Shown here: piece after piece, positions 1 through 9,376 of the stretch
Layout of the letters: the number at the start of each line of letters is the position of its first letter
Numbering within the stretch: the stretch's first letter is position 1
Assembly (NCBI GenBank): GCA_035280345.1
Contig: DATEGA010000074.1
Coordinates: forward strand, 6,664 to 70,663
Length of the DNA: 64,000 bases
Reading direction: 5' to 3'
From: a bacterium
Lineage (GTDB): Bacteria; Sysuimicrobiota; Sysuimicrobiia; Sysuimicrobiales; Segetimicrobiaceae
Program-made: the position numbers and the translations under genes
Notes under the pieces: model-generated
The model's input: the letters and a program-made list of their open reading frames with translations, nothing else
The model's database searches: none
Told to the model about the DNA's origin: nothing

Positions 1-1000
1 TCCGGTAGACGAGTTCGGCGAGGGCGCGGTTGGGGAGCCCGACGCGCGTCTTCGTGATCCACCGGACCCCATGCCGGCAGTGCGTGACCGCGGCCGCGTG
101 TTCCGCGTTTCGCTCGAGCACCCGCGCGATCTGCTCCTGAATGCCGAGGCTCGGGGAGCGCCACGCGTACTGCATCGCGGCAAAGCGTGGCGGCAGGTTG
201 TCGGAGGTGCACTGGCCGCCCACCATTAGGAACTCGTTGAGCGTCCAGGTGCCGGTGTGCGGAAACATCGCTTCCTTTAAATACTTGCTCGTAGTGTACA
301 TCAGGCAGACCGCATCGAGGGCCCCGGGACACCGCGCGGTCGCGTGGGAGTGGCGAACCGGCATCAGCCCGTGGTCCGTCCACGTCTCCGGGGCGTCGCA
401 ATCGAACGAGTACTGGGCGCTCCAATACGAGCCGCACTGCGTGTCCCAGGCGACCGTGTTGTTCGGGTTCGGGTGAAACGCGACGTAGGCGTCCGCGCCG
501 TCGTAGTAGCCCTTCGCGGCGTGCACCGGCTTCGAGCCGCAGACTTTCTCGGCCGGCTCTCCGAAGAACCGGAGCGTCCCCCGCAACCCGTGCTTTTGCA
601 TCGCCGCCTTCGCCGCGAGCACGCCGGTCAGGCCGGCGACGCCGAGGGCGGAGTGCGGGTCCGTGTGTCCGGCCGCGTACGGGTTGAGGCCTTCGCGCGG
701 CGCCCGATAAGCTACCGGCTGTTGCGAGTTCTCGGGGACAGCGTCGTACTCGGCGTAGGTGCCGAGCACCGGCCGCCCCTCGCCGAACGTGGCGTAGAAT
801 GCGGTCGGCATGCCGCCGCTGCCCTCCTCGACGTGAAAGCCTTCCGCCCGAAGGAGTTCGCAGTAGGCGCGCGCGGATTTGTATTCGCGCCACGCCGGTT
901 CGGCGTACCGCCAGATCTCCTCGCAAAAGCGCGAGAGTCGCGGCCTGTTCGCCTCCACCCAGGCGAGCGCGGTCTCTTTTTCCGGCAGTCTCTGTGCCAT
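1..1000 (-). CDS. M20-family amidohydrolase (AbgB/aminoacylase-like); C-terminus lies beyond the left window edge
   Basis: Absent from the supplied track because it has no in-window stop. Minus-strand ATG at 998-1000 follows SD GGGGAGGA. My translation is MAQRLPEKETALAWVEANRPRLSRFCEEIWRYAEPAWREYKSARAYCELLRAEGFHVEEGSGGMPTAFYATFGEGRPVLGTYAEYDAVP..., open to position 1. This N-terminal layout is typical of M20D amidohydrolases. Confidence 0.6.
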   Translation of the reverse strand, partial: MAQRLPEKETALAWVEANRPRLSRFCEEIWRYAEPAWREYKSARAYCELLRAEGFHVEEGSGGMPTAFYATFGEGRPVLGTYAEYDAVPENSQQPVAYRAPREGLNPYAAGHTDPHSALGVAGLTGVLAAKAAMQKHGLRGTLRFFGEPAEKVCGSKPVHAAKGYYDGADAYVAFHPNPNNTVAWDTQCGSYWSAQYSFDCDAPETWTDHGLMPVRHSHATARCPGALDAVCLMYTTSKYLKEAMFPHTGTWTLNEFLMVGGQCTSDNLPPRFAAMQYAWRSPSLGIQEQIARVLERNAEHAAAVTHCRHGVRWITKTRVGLPNRALAELVYR

Positions 1001-1012
1001 CGCGTCCTCCCC

Positions 1013-1888
1013 TCAGGAGCCACCCGTCTCGACCGGTCCCAATAGCAGCCGGCGGGCGTTGTCGCGCAGGACTTTGGGCCGTACCGTCTCTTTGACGGCG
1101 AGCGCAGCGAAGTCCGACATCCAACGCTCCGGCGTGAGAAACGGCCAGTCGGAGCCGAAGAGACATTTATCCTGCAGCGGGCCGTTCATCTGCTCGACCA
1201 GTTCCGCGGGGAAATACTTCGGCGACCAGCCGGACAGGTCGATGAAAACGTTGGATTTGTGGCGGGCGATCGCCAGCTGCTCCGCCTGCCACGGCCAGCC
1301 GGGATGCGCCAGGATGATCTGCAGCGACGGGAAGTCCGCGGCGACGTCGTCCACCAGCATCGGATTCACGTACTTGAGCTTGTAGCCTCCGCCGCCCGGC
1401 TCGCCGGCACCGCTGCCCATCGTGCCCGAGTGAAAAAGACAGACCAGGCCCATCTCCGCGGCCGCCGCCCAGAGCGGGTAGACCCGCTCGTCGTTTGGCG
1501 CGAACTTCTGCAGCCCGGGATGCAGCTTGAGCCCCCGCAGCCCCAGCCTCTCGTGAGCGCGGCGCGCTTCGTCCACGGCCTGCTGTCCCTTCCGCGGATC
1601 GACGCCGGCGAAGCCCAGGAACACGTCCGGATGGGCGCGCACCGCCGCGGCAATGTGATCGTTTGGGACCGGCGGGTGCCCCGACGCGGTGGACGTGTCC
1701 ATACCGAGCAGCACCGCCCTCATCGTGCGGGCCCGGTACTGCTCGGCGAGCTCGTCGATCGAGACCGTCGGAATCTCACGCCCGAAGTACCTGGCCATCG
1801 CCGCGATCTCGTCGCCGAAGACGCCGCGCGCCTCCGCGCTCATTGGATGAACGTGGACATCGATCGCCACGATGTCGTCAGGCGACAT
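1013..1888 (-). CDS. Amidohydrolase_2 (TIM-barrel metal-dependent hydrolase/decarboxylase) family protein
   Basis: Track ORF 1013..2122 trimmed to the ATG at 1888 (MSPDDIVAIDVHVHP...). HxH motif near the N-terminus and later LHPG, AHPG and GSDWPF motifs. The upstream gene's TAG stop lies 1 nt before this ATG (TAGCATG), suggesting coupling. Confidence 0.8.
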   Translation of the reverse strand: MSPDDIVAIDVHVHPMSAEARGVFGDEIAAMARYFGREIPTVSIDELAEQYRARTMRAVLLGMDTSTASGHPPVPNDHIAAAVRAHPDVFLGFAGVDPRKGQQAVDEARRAHERLGLRGLKLHPGLQKFAPNDERVYPLWAAAAEMGLVCLFHSGTMGSGAGEPGGGGYKLKYVNPMLVDDVAADFPSLQIILAHPGWPWQAEQLAIARHKSNVFIDLSGWSPKYFPAELVEQMNGPLQDKCLFGSDWPFLTPERWMSDFAALAVKETVRPKVLRDNARRLLLGPVETGGS

Positions 1889-1889
1889 G

Positions 1890-2879
1890 CTACAGAGGGA
1901 GGAGCGTTCCGAGGCCTCGCGCCTTCGCGCGCTCGTAGATCGGAACCGCAAGCGCGATGTCGCAGGCGGCGATGCCGAGCGGCAGCACGAGAATCCGCTC
2001 GCGATCCGTCGTCCGGCCGGGTGCGCGGCCGAGCAGCACCTCGCCGATCTCCGCGGCGACCGGTGGCACGCCCGACGCGTATCGTCCGAGCACCTCGGGG
2101 CCGGCGAAGGGCTTCCGGTCATCGACCAGCACGCGATCGACCCGGTAGAGGATAGACGCCTCCTTGCCGCCGTTGTCGAGCACGACGACGGTCACTCCGG
2201 CCTTCAACCACTCGATATCCAGCAGGGGCGTCGTCGTGTTCGTCGTGACGGTGACGACGGCGTCCGCGTCGCGCACCGCCTCTTCCCGGTTCGCCGTGGG
2301 CGTGAGGGCCGGCCCGACGCGCCCCGCCATCTCGGCGCAGAGGCGCTCCGCAGAGTGGGCCTCGCGGCCGACGACCCAAATCCGGACCAGCGACGGCAGC
2401 ACCTGCGGCAGCACCTCGAGATGCGAGCGCGCCTCGACACCGGCGCCGACGATCGTCGCCACCGACGCGGTCGGCCTCACGCACACGCTGAGGGCCAGCG
2501 CGGTCACCGCGGCCGTGCGCACCGCGGTCACAACGGTCCCGTCCATGATCGCGAGCGGCATCCCGTTCGCCGGGTCGTTGAGCACGATGACGCCCGGCAC
2601 GGTGGGCAGGCCGCGCGCTTTATTGTTGGGAAAATCGGCGAGCCATTTGATTCCGAGCCCGCGGCCGTCCGGCAGCAGCGCCGGCATCGCATGGGCGTGG
2701 CGTGCGCCCGGCGGATGAACGCCGAATTTCGGCGGGACTTCGGCCCGGCCTTCCGAGATCCACACGAGCGCGTCGCGAATGCATGCGAAGCGTTCTTCGA
2801 GCGGCGGCAGCGCCGCCGTCACGTCGTCGCGCGACAGCCACAGTAGCGGGGCGCCGTCCCCGCGGCGCGGCTCAGCCAT
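1890..2879 (-). CDS. Ornithine cyclodeaminase / mu-crystallin family protein
   Basis: 329 aa. Rossmann segment VATIVGAGVEARSHLE and overall OCD-family layout (GIKW..FPNN, TAVRTAAVTA). The ATG overlaps the upstream stop by 8 nt (ATGGCTGA). Confidence 0.85.
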   Translation of the reverse strand: MAEPRRGDGAPLLWLSRDDVTAALPPLEERFACIRDALVWISEGRAEVPPKFGVHPPGARHAHAMPALLPDGRGLGIKWLADFPNNKARGLPTVPGVIVLNDPANGMPLAIMDGTVVTAVRTAAVTALALSVCVRPTASVATIVGAGVEARSHLEVLPQVLPSLVRIWVVGREAHSAERLCAEMAGRVGPALTPTANREEAVRDADAVVTVTTNTTTPLLDIEWLKAGVTVVVLDNGGKEASILYRVDRVLVDDRKPFAGPEVLGRYASGVPPVAAEIGEVLLGRAPGRTTDRERILVLPLGIAACDIALAVPIYERAKARGLGTLLPL

Positions 2880-4257
2880 CCCGCCGAAGGAGACGGGTAA
2901 GCTCCGTCACATCGGGCACTTCCTCGAGCCGGCGCACCATCCCGGTGATCTCGTCCCGCCGGCGCGGGCTGATCAAGTCGGCGGTCAGGCGCGCGAACTT
3001 GTGGTCCAATTCATCGCGCGACAGGGGCCGCTGCGGCGAGCCCTTCGGATACGTCACGTCCCGCGTGTACCGGCCGGCGGCTGTTTCCACTTCGATGATG
3101 GAACGGTACAGATCCGGATAGGTGCGGTCCAGTTCCTTGTCGCCGACGACGCTCACGCGCTCGGACAGCGCCCGGATGCCCGGATCGCTGCGCCGGTCAT
3201 GCAGGATGTCGTCGAAGTCGACGGCGCCCTTGTGCGCCGCGAGCGCCAGCACGTACTGCGCGCAGTGCGACCGCAGCGCGTTGCCGTCGATCACCTGGTA
3301 GCCGCCCGCGGGATATCGAAGCGTGATCCGGCGGATGTCGCCCGCGCGCACGCGTTCCTGCTCCATGATCTCGAACAGCCCGTCGAGTCCCGGATGGATA
3401 AACGCGCAGCACGCATACTGCTTGATCGCGATCTCCGTCACCTTGAAGGTGTCGCCGAGCCCCTGGAAGAGCGCGCTTTCATCCCACTGTCCGGTGAAGG
3501 CGTGGCCGAGCGGATACTTGCCGTCGAAGATCGCCGGCGGACCGCCGAACCCGCACGATGCCAGATGCGCGGCGAACACGCCGTGGCGGGACGCGAGGCC
3601 CATATTGTAGGGACGGGAGTGCTCCGTCTCGTCGCTCACCCACGCGAGCAGGCCTGAGGTCTCCGTGCCGGCGAGGCCGAACGCGTGCCGCAGCGCGGGT
3701 CCCTGGAGCCCGTAGAGCCGCGCCGCCGCGGCGAGGGAGCCGTAGGTCCCGGCGACGCACGTCGGGTGGAAGCCGCGCGCGTACAGCGCGGCGCCGCCGA
3801 GCGCGTAGCTCAGCCGGCACGCGGCGTCGATGCCGACGACGATCGCGGCCACTACGTCCCTGCCGGAGCGGTGCATTCGCTCGCCGACCGCGAGCGCCGC
3901 CGGCCCCACGACCGCGATCGCGTGCATGATCGCGCCGGCGTGGTGGCTTTCGATGTCGCAGTAGTAGCCGAACGTCCCGTTGACGAGCGCCGCCGTGGCG
4001 CAGTTGGTGCGCAGGTCGGTCCCAAAGACCTGCGCCTCGGGCGTCCCGCCCGTTTCCTGCACGAACCGCCGGAGCACGCCCCCGATGTCGTAGCGCGGGG
4101 ACGTCGCGGACAGCAGCGCCCCGAGACCGTCGTGGAGGATCTCTTTGGTGCGGTCGACGACCTCCGCGGGGATGCGCTCGTACGGGAACGTCTCCACCCA
4201 CCGCGCGAACCGGTCGGTCATGTTCGTCTGCGCCGCCCGGCTCGACAGTGCCGTCAC
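2872..4257 (-). CDS. MmgE/PrpD family protein (paralogue 3 of tandem trio)
   Basis: 461 aa. Contains FPYERIPAEVVDRTKEILHDGLGALL and GFHPTCVAGTYGSLAAAARLYGL, both typical PrpD-family blocks. GTG start has SD GGAGGGGG 6 nt upstream and a GTGA overlap with the upstream stop. ATG at 4221 is an alternative start. Confidence 0.85.
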   Translation of the reverse strand: MTALSSRAAQTNMTDRFARWVETFPYERIPAEVVDRTKEILHDGLGALLSATSPRYDIGGVLRRFVQETGGTPEAQVFGTDLRTNCATAALVNGTFGYYCDIESHHAGAIMHAIAVVGPAALAVGERMHRSGRDVVAAIVVGIDAACRLSYALGGAALYARGFHPTCVAGTYGSLAAAARLYGLQGPALRHAFGLAGTETSGLLAWVSDETEHSRPYNMGLASRHGVFAAHLASCGFGGPPAIFDGKYPLGHAFTGQWDESALFQGLGDTFKVTEIAIKQYACCAFIHPGLDGLFEIMEQERVRAGDIRRITLRYPAGGYQVIDGNALRSHCAQYVLALAAHKGAVDFDDILHDRRSDPGIRALSERVSVVGDKELDRTYPDLYRSIIEVETAAGRYTRDVTYPKGSPQRPLSRDELDHKFARLTADLISPRRRDEITGMVRRLEEVPDVTELTRLLRRDG

Positions 4258-5699
4258 CGGCCCCCTCCGAGGGACGGTGAGGCGGGACGCTTTGGTTCAC
4301 GCCGCAGGCCGGCACCGGCGTCGCCGGACACCTGCAAGAGCGCCGCGATCTGGCCGACGTCCGCGACGCGATCGAGACGGAACACGAGTTCCATGAGACG
4401 CGTCGCCGCGCTCCGGGAGATGCGCGTCGTCGCGAGGTCCATGAACTTCTGCTCCAGTTCCGCCTTCGTCATCGGGTTGTCGCGCCGCCCCTTCGCGTCG
4501 TCCACCCGCGCCGTCAGCGTCCGCCCGTCCCGGGTCGCGACGTCGACCACGGCCGGCGCGTGGGCGGGCCAAGGGTCCATGGCGGCGTCGCCGACCAGCC
4601 GCACGCGGTTGGAGAGCGACTTGATCCGCGGGTCGGCCCGGCGGTCTTCGAGAATGTCGGCCGATTCGATTTTCCCGCGGACCGCGGCCACCGCCATGAT
4701 GTACTGCGCGCAGTGCGACTTGAGCGGGTTGTTGTCGATCACCGGCGCCCGGTCGGCCTTCACCCGGTGCACGATCGCGGCGATGTCGTCGGACCCGATC
4801 CGGTGGTCGTCGAGAATCGACAGCAGCGCGTCGATACCGGTGTGGATGTCCCCACAGCAGGGGTGCCGCTTGTAGCCGTAGTGCTGCGTGATCCAGAGCG
4901 CCTCGCCGAGGCCGTCGGTCACGCGGTCGAGGTGCATCTCGCCGGCGTAGGCGTCGTAGATGCTGTACTTGCCACCGTCGAGGATCGCGGGCGGTCCGCC
5001 GAAGCCCATCTGCGCCAGCAGCGCCGCCGTCACGCCGCCGCGCGCCGCCATTCCGATGACGAGGGGCCGCGAGTTCTCGGTCGGATCGTCCACCCAGGTC
5101 ATGAGGCCGGTGGCGTTGCTGCCGGCGATGCCGAGGGCGTTCGCGAATCTCGGCTGGTCGAGCCGCAGCAGATGCGCCGCGGTCGCCGCCGCGCCAAAGT
5201 ATCCGAACACCGCCGACGGGTGAAACGAGTGCGGGTATGAGTACTCGGTCCGGCAGGCTTCGCCCGCCCGGCTGCAGATCTCGTAGCCGACCGTGAGCGC
5301 CGCAAGCAGCGCCTTGCCGTCGGCATGCTCCCGCTCCCCGACGGCAAGCGCCACCGGGACCAGCACCGCCGGCACATGCTGCCGGGCGACGCTCGCGCCT
5401 TCGATGTCCGCCGCATAGCCCATCGTGCCGTTCGCCAGCGCCGCGCTCTCGACCGGCGCCTTGAAGTCGCGGCCGATCACGGTGGACTCCGGCGTACCAC
5501 CGGCGCGCCGGGCGAGCTCGCCGGTGAGCCACGACGCGGTGTATTGTGGCGCCGAGCCGAGCAGCAGCGCCCCCAGCGTGTCAAGGACCACCATCTTCGC
5601 GTCGGCGGCCGCGGCCGCGGGCAGATCCGCGAACGTGAACCGCGTGGCGTACGCGGTCAGCGCCGCGGTCGGACCGTGCCCTGCGTCCTGCGTCGGCAT
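4254..5699 (-). CDS. MmgE/PrpD family protein (paralogue 2)
   Basis: Track ORF 4254..5837 trimmed to the ATG at 5699 (MPTQDAGHGPTAALTAYATRFTFADLPAAAAADAKMVVLDTLGALLLGS), SD GAGGAG about 8 nt upstream. SFHPSAVFGYFGAAATAAHLLRL block present. Confidence 0.85.
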   Translation of the reverse strand: MPTQDAGHGPTAALTAYATRFTFADLPAAAAADAKMVVLDTLGALLLGSAPQYTASWLTGELARRAGGTPESTVIGRDFKAPVESAALANGTMGYAADIEGASVARQHVPAVLVPVALAVGEREHADGKALLAALTVGYEICSRAGEACRTEYSYPHSFHPSAVFGYFGAAATAAHLLRLDQPRFANALGIAGSNATGLMTWVDDPTENSRPLVIGMAARGGVTAALLAQMGFGGPPAILDGGKYSIYDAYAGEMHLDRVTDGLGEALWITQHYGYKRHPCCGDIHTGIDALLSILDDHRIGSDDIAAIVHRVKADRAPVIDNNPLKSHCAQYIMAVAAVRGKIESADILEDRRADPRIKSLSNRVRLVGDAAMDPWPAHAPAVVDVATRDGRTLTARVDDAKGRRDNPMTKAELEQKFMDLATTRISRSAATRLMELVFRLDRVADVGQIAALLQVSGDAGAGLRREPKRPASPSLGGGR

Positions 5700-5730
5700 C
5701 CTGCGGCTCCTCTCGAATGGCTCCCAGCGT

Positions 5731-7089
5731 TTAGCGCCCGGCGGCGAGGCAGCGCGACAGCACGCCGCAATCCTCGAGGGTGTCGAGCTCCCCGGCGAGG
5801 CGCTCGATCTCGTCGAGCTCGAGGTCGGGCACGACATGGCTCGCCAGCGTCCGAAACTTCGCCCGGAGGTCCACCGTGCTCAGCGCGTTCTCGGGGTCGC
5901 CGGTCGGATAGTACACGGTCTCGGTGAACTCCCGTCCGTCCGTAGTCTTGACGGTCGTCACGCCGGACCACTGCTCCGGGAAGCGCTTTTCGAGCTCGTC
6001 GCTGCCGAGCACCCGGACGCGCTTCGAGAGCGCGGCGATGCGGGTATCCTCGAGGCGCCGGCCGTCGAGCTGGTCGACACCGACCCTGCCGTCGTACGCC
6101 GCGACGGCGAGCACGTACTGCGCGTTGTGCGACGGCAGTTCGTTGTTGTCGATGATGTCGGCCATCGAGGTCGCGACGGTAGTCTCGATCGCGGCGATCT
6201 GGTCGGCGTGCACGCCCCGGCCCATGATGGTGAACAGACCGTCAAGCGGCGCGTGAATCTGACGGCATGCCGCGTACTTCTTCAGACTTGTCCGCATCAG
6301 TTCGAACCGCTCGCCGAGCCCGTCGGTCAGCGCCGGGATCTGGCCGTCCGGGAGCCCGCTGAACGCGCGGAACAGGTTGTGCTTGCCTTCGAGGATGTGC
6401 GGGGGGCCGGTGAACCCGATCTCGGCGAGCTGCGCGGCGGTCACGCCATTGCGCGAGGCGATGCCGATCTGGAACGCCTTGCTGAGCTGCGAGACCTCGG
6501 TGACCCAGGCGAGCAGGCCCGACGCCTGGCACCCGGCGAGACCGAACGCGTCCACCATCTGTCCCGGCTCGAGCCGCAGCATGCGGCCGGCCGCGGCGGC
6601 CGCGCCAAAGTTGCCGTCGATCGACGACGGGTGAAACGACCGCGCGTACAACCGGACGGGGTCGAGCGCGATCCCGATCCGGCCTTCGACGTCGTAGGCG
6701 GCGACGAGCGCCGCGATCAGGTCGCGTCCGTTCGCGCGGCGCGCCTCGCCGATCGCCAGCGCCGCGGGTAGGACGACATTGGCTACGTGCGCGTTGGCCG
6801 GATTGTAGTTATCGTCCTGCTCGAGGCAGTGCGACATCGTCGCGTTGGCGAACGCCGCCGCGACGGGCGAGACGCGCAGCGCGGAACCCGCGACCGTACA
6901 GTGCCCCGACTCGCCGAGACCGGCGGTGTACTCCGTGACGAGCCGGCCTGCGGGATACCGGGATCCGCCGAGCAGGGTCCCGAGCGTGTCCAAAACCAGG
7001 TCCTTCACCCGCGCGACGACCGCCGCCGGGAGATCCTCATAGCGAAGACCGCTCGCGTAAGTCGCGAGCCGTTCGGTAACGCCGGACAT
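5731..7089 (-). CDS. MmgE/PrpD family protein (paralogue 1)
   Basis: 452 aa. MSGVTERLATYASGLRYEDLPAAVVARVKDLVLDTLGTLLGGS and SFHPSSIDGNFGAAAAAGRMLRL blocks. SD AGGAGG lies 6 nt upstream of the ATG. Confidence 0.88.
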   Translation of the reverse strand: MSGVTERLATYASGLRYEDLPAAVVARVKDLVLDTLGTLLGGSRYPAGRLVTEYTAGLGESGHCTVAGSALRVSPVAAAFANATMSHCLEQDDNYNPANAHVANVVLPAALAIGEARRANGRDLIAALVAAYDVEGRIGIALDPVRLYARSFHPSSIDGNFGAAAAAGRMLRLEPGQMVDAFGLAGCQASGLLAWVTEVSQLSKAFQIGIASRNGVTAAQLAEIGFTGPPHILEGKHNLFRAFSGLPDGQIPALTDGLGERFELMRTSLKKYAACRQIHAPLDGLFTIMGRGVHADQIAAIETTVATSMADIIDNNELPSHNAQYVLAVAAYDGRVGVDQLDGRRLEDTRIAALSKRVRVLGSDELEKRFPEQWSGVTTVKTTDGREFTETVYYPTGDPENALSTVDLRAKFRTLASHVVPDLELDEIERLAGELDTLEDCGVLSRCLAAGR

Positions 7090-7107
7090 CTGGTGCCTCC
7101 TATCGCT

Positions 7108-8466
7108 CTACATCGCGCTCGCGAGCTCGCCGAAGAGCCGCGCCGTGAACTCTACGCCGGCGCAGTAGTCGCCGACCTTGATGCCCTCGTCGGGCGCGTG
7201 GAACTGCGACTCGGCCGACCCCATGCCGGCGTTGATGAGCGGGATCCCGAGCGGATCCGCCAGCTCATGATACGGCGCCCCGATCCAGGGCGCCACGGGG
7301 TAGATCGCGGGGGCGGTGTGGTAGAACTCGCGACCCGTCCGGATGATCGCGTCGACCATCGGGTGGTCGAGCGGCACTTTGCCCGGATACCGCTCGCTCA
7401 GCGGCCGCAGGGTGATGCCGCCGAATCCGTGCGCGTCGAGGTGCCGGCGGAGCAGGCCTTCCATCTTGCCGGGGTCCTGGTTCGGGACGAGGCCGAACCG
7501 CACCACGCCGACCGCGCGCCGCGGGATCCCGCGCGCGCCCGCATCGTAGGTCCGGCCCGCGCCGAGCCCCGAAACCTCGAGCGTCGGTTCGAAGAGCAGG
7601 CGCCGGATGGCGTCGCGGCCGCGGACGTCGAGCGTCAGCGTCGACAGCCCGAGCCGGCGCTTTAGGCCCTCACCGTCGAAGCGCAGGTCGTCCAGCAGCT
7701 TGAGTTCGGCGTCCGTCGGCCGGACGGCGTCGTCGTAGAAGCCAGCGATCGTCACCCGCTCGTCGGGTGCCTTCATGCCCGCGAACGCCCACACGATCTC
7801 CCACGCCGGGTTCGGCACCACCGACGTCAAGCTGCTGTGGAACGTCTGTCTCGCGCCGATCCGCTCCATCTCGAACAAGATGCGGCCGCGGCACCCGAGG
7901 CTGATCGTCGGCCGCCCGAGGTCGTCCCGGCCGCCGCCCTCCCCGAGCGCGCCGTCCGCCCGCAGCAGATCGCGGTTCGCCAGCACCAGGTCGCGCAGGT
8001 GCGGGCTGCCCAACTCTTCCTCGCCGTCGATCACAAACTTGACCGTGAGCGGCAGTGTCCCGTACGCCGCGCGCCAGGCGTCGACCGCGCAGAGCCGCGC
8101 CGCCAGTTCGCCCTTGTTGTCGCTCGCGCCGCGCGCGATGAGCCGCCCCTCGACGATCTCGGCCCCAAACGGGGGGCGGGTCCACGCATCCAGCGGCTCG
8201 GCCGGCACCACGTCGTAGTGGTTATAGAGAAGGAGAGTCTTAGTAGACGCGCCTGGGATCGTGGCGACGATCAACGGCGGCGATCCCGCAGCCTCGCGGA
8301 GTGCGGTCTCCGCGCCGAGGTCGCGCAGCAGATCCGTCAGAAAAGCCACGGCGTCCGGGACCGCCTGCCCCGAGACGCTTGGGATCCGCAAGAACCGCCG
8401 GAGCGTCTCGACGTAGCGGCTGCGGTGGCGTTCGACCTGACCGTGGAGCGCGTCCGCAGCCGTCAT
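7108..8466 (-). CDS. M20 family metallopeptidase (dipeptidase / ArgE-DapE-CPG2-like)
   Basis: Track ORF trimmed to the ATG at 8466 (MTAADALHGQVERHRSRYVETLRRFLRIPSVSGQ), SD GAGGAG upstream. Contains LLLYNHYDVVPA, ARGASDNKG and IDGEEELGSPHL, which are the M20 metal-ligand blocks. Confidence 0.85.
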   Translation of the reverse strand: MTAADALHGQVERHRSRYVETLRRFLRIPSVSGQAVPDAVAFLTDLLRDLGAETALREAAGSPPLIVATIPGASTKTLLLYNHYDVVPAEPLDAWTRPPFGAEIVEGRLIARGASDNKGELAARLCAVDAWRAAYGTLPLTVKFVIDGEEELGSPHLRDLVLANRDLLRADGALGEGGGRDDLGRPTISLGCRGRILFEMERIGARQTFHSSLTSVVPNPAWEIVWAFAGMKAPDERVTIAGFYDDAVRPTDAELKLLDDLRFDGEGLKRRLGLSTLTLDVRGRDAIRRLLFEPTLEVSGLGAGRTYDAGARGIPRRAVGVVRFGLVPNQDPGKMEGLLRRHLDAHGFGGITLRPLSERYPGKVPLDHPMVDAIIRTGREFYHTAPAIYPVAPWIGAPYHELADPLGIPLINAGMGSAESQFHAPDEGIKVGDYCAGVEFTARLFGELASAM

Positions 8467-8482
8467 TCGCGACGCACGCTCC

Positions 8483-9376
8483 TCATAGGCGCAGCCTCGG
8501 GTCCAGTGCGTCATGCAGTCCGTCCCCAACCAGGTTCACCGCGAGCACGGTCAGCGCGATCGCCACGCCGGGGAACGTGCTGATCCACCATGCGTTTTGG
8601 AGATAGTCGCGTCCCTGCGCAAGAATCAGGCCCCACTCCGGTGTCGGCGGCTGCGCGCCCATGCCGAGGAAGCTGAGTGTGGCGGCCGTCAGGATCGCGA
8701 CGCCGACGTTCAGTGTGCCGAGAATCAGCGCCGGCCCGTAGATATTGGGCAGGATGTGCCGCACGGCAACGCGCGCCTCGCTGCAGCCGCCGGCCCGTGC
8801 CGCCTCCACATAGACGTTCTCGCGGGCGGACAGCACGCAGCCCCGCACGAATCGTGTGAACCGCGGGATGCTGGCGACGCCGACGGCGAGCACGACATTC
8901 GAGAGCGCCGACCCGAGCGCCGCCGCGATCGCGAGCGCAAACAAGAGCGTCGGCACCGCCAGCATGACGTCGACGCCGCGCATGATGACCGTGTCCGCCC
9001 ATCCGCCCCGGTAGCCGCTGATGAGCCCGAAGACTACGCCGCCGGCAAGCGTCAGCGCGCTCGCCGCCAGGCCCACGGCCAGCGAGATTCGCGCGCCCGC
9101 GAGGACGCGGCTGAACAGGTCCCGGCCGATCTCGTCGGTACCCATCCAATGGCGGGAAGCGGGGGCCGCGAACACCTCCTCCGGCGACGGCTGCGTCGGC
9201 GAATACGGGCTCACGAGCGGAGCCAGCAGCGCCGCGGCGGCCACCACCCCGAGCAGCCCCGCCCCGAGCACGGCTTTGCGGTTGCGCCGGAACCGCCGCG
9301 CGACCTGCGTCATGCCTGACCGCGGTGTGGCGGCCGCACCGCCCGGCATGCCGGGAGCGGCCAGCGCTTCAGCCAT
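8483..9376 (-). CDS. ABC transporter permease, DppC/OppC-like
   Basis: Contains HWMGTDEIGRDLFSRVLAGARISL and the EAA-type loop YVEAARAGGCSEARVAVRHILPN. Start is ambiguous: ATG at 9388, 9376 or 9313. ATG 9376 overlaps the upstream stop by 8 nt. Confidence 0.85.
   Translation of the reverse strand: MAEALAAPGMPGGAAATPRSGMTQVARRFRRNRKAVLGAGLLGVVAAAALLAPLVSPYSPTQPSPEEVFAAPASRHWMGTDEIGRDLFSRVLAGARISLAVGLAASALTLAGGVVFGLISGYRGGWADTVIMRGVDVMLAVPTLLFALAIAAALGSALSNVVLAVGVASIPRFTRFVRGCVLSARENVYVEAARAGGCSEARVAVRHILPNIYGPALILGTLNVGVAILTAATLSFLGMGAQPPTPEWGLILAQGRDYLQNAWWISTFPGVAIALTVLAVNLVGDGLHDALDPRLRL

Noticed and set aside
4254-5837. Long N-terminal extensions in track ORFs (also 1013..2122, 7108..8529, 21151..22596, 22053..23393, 37206..38552, 37613..39766, 46183..47331, 47216..48055, 47967..49124, 51736..53076, 53599..55557, 54929..56899, 60825..62234)
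   Set aside because: The extensions overlap the upstream gene and are R/P/S-rich. They precede an internal start that has an SD and the family-typical N-terminus, so I trimmed the CDSs accordingly. Start choices remain the least certain part of the calls.
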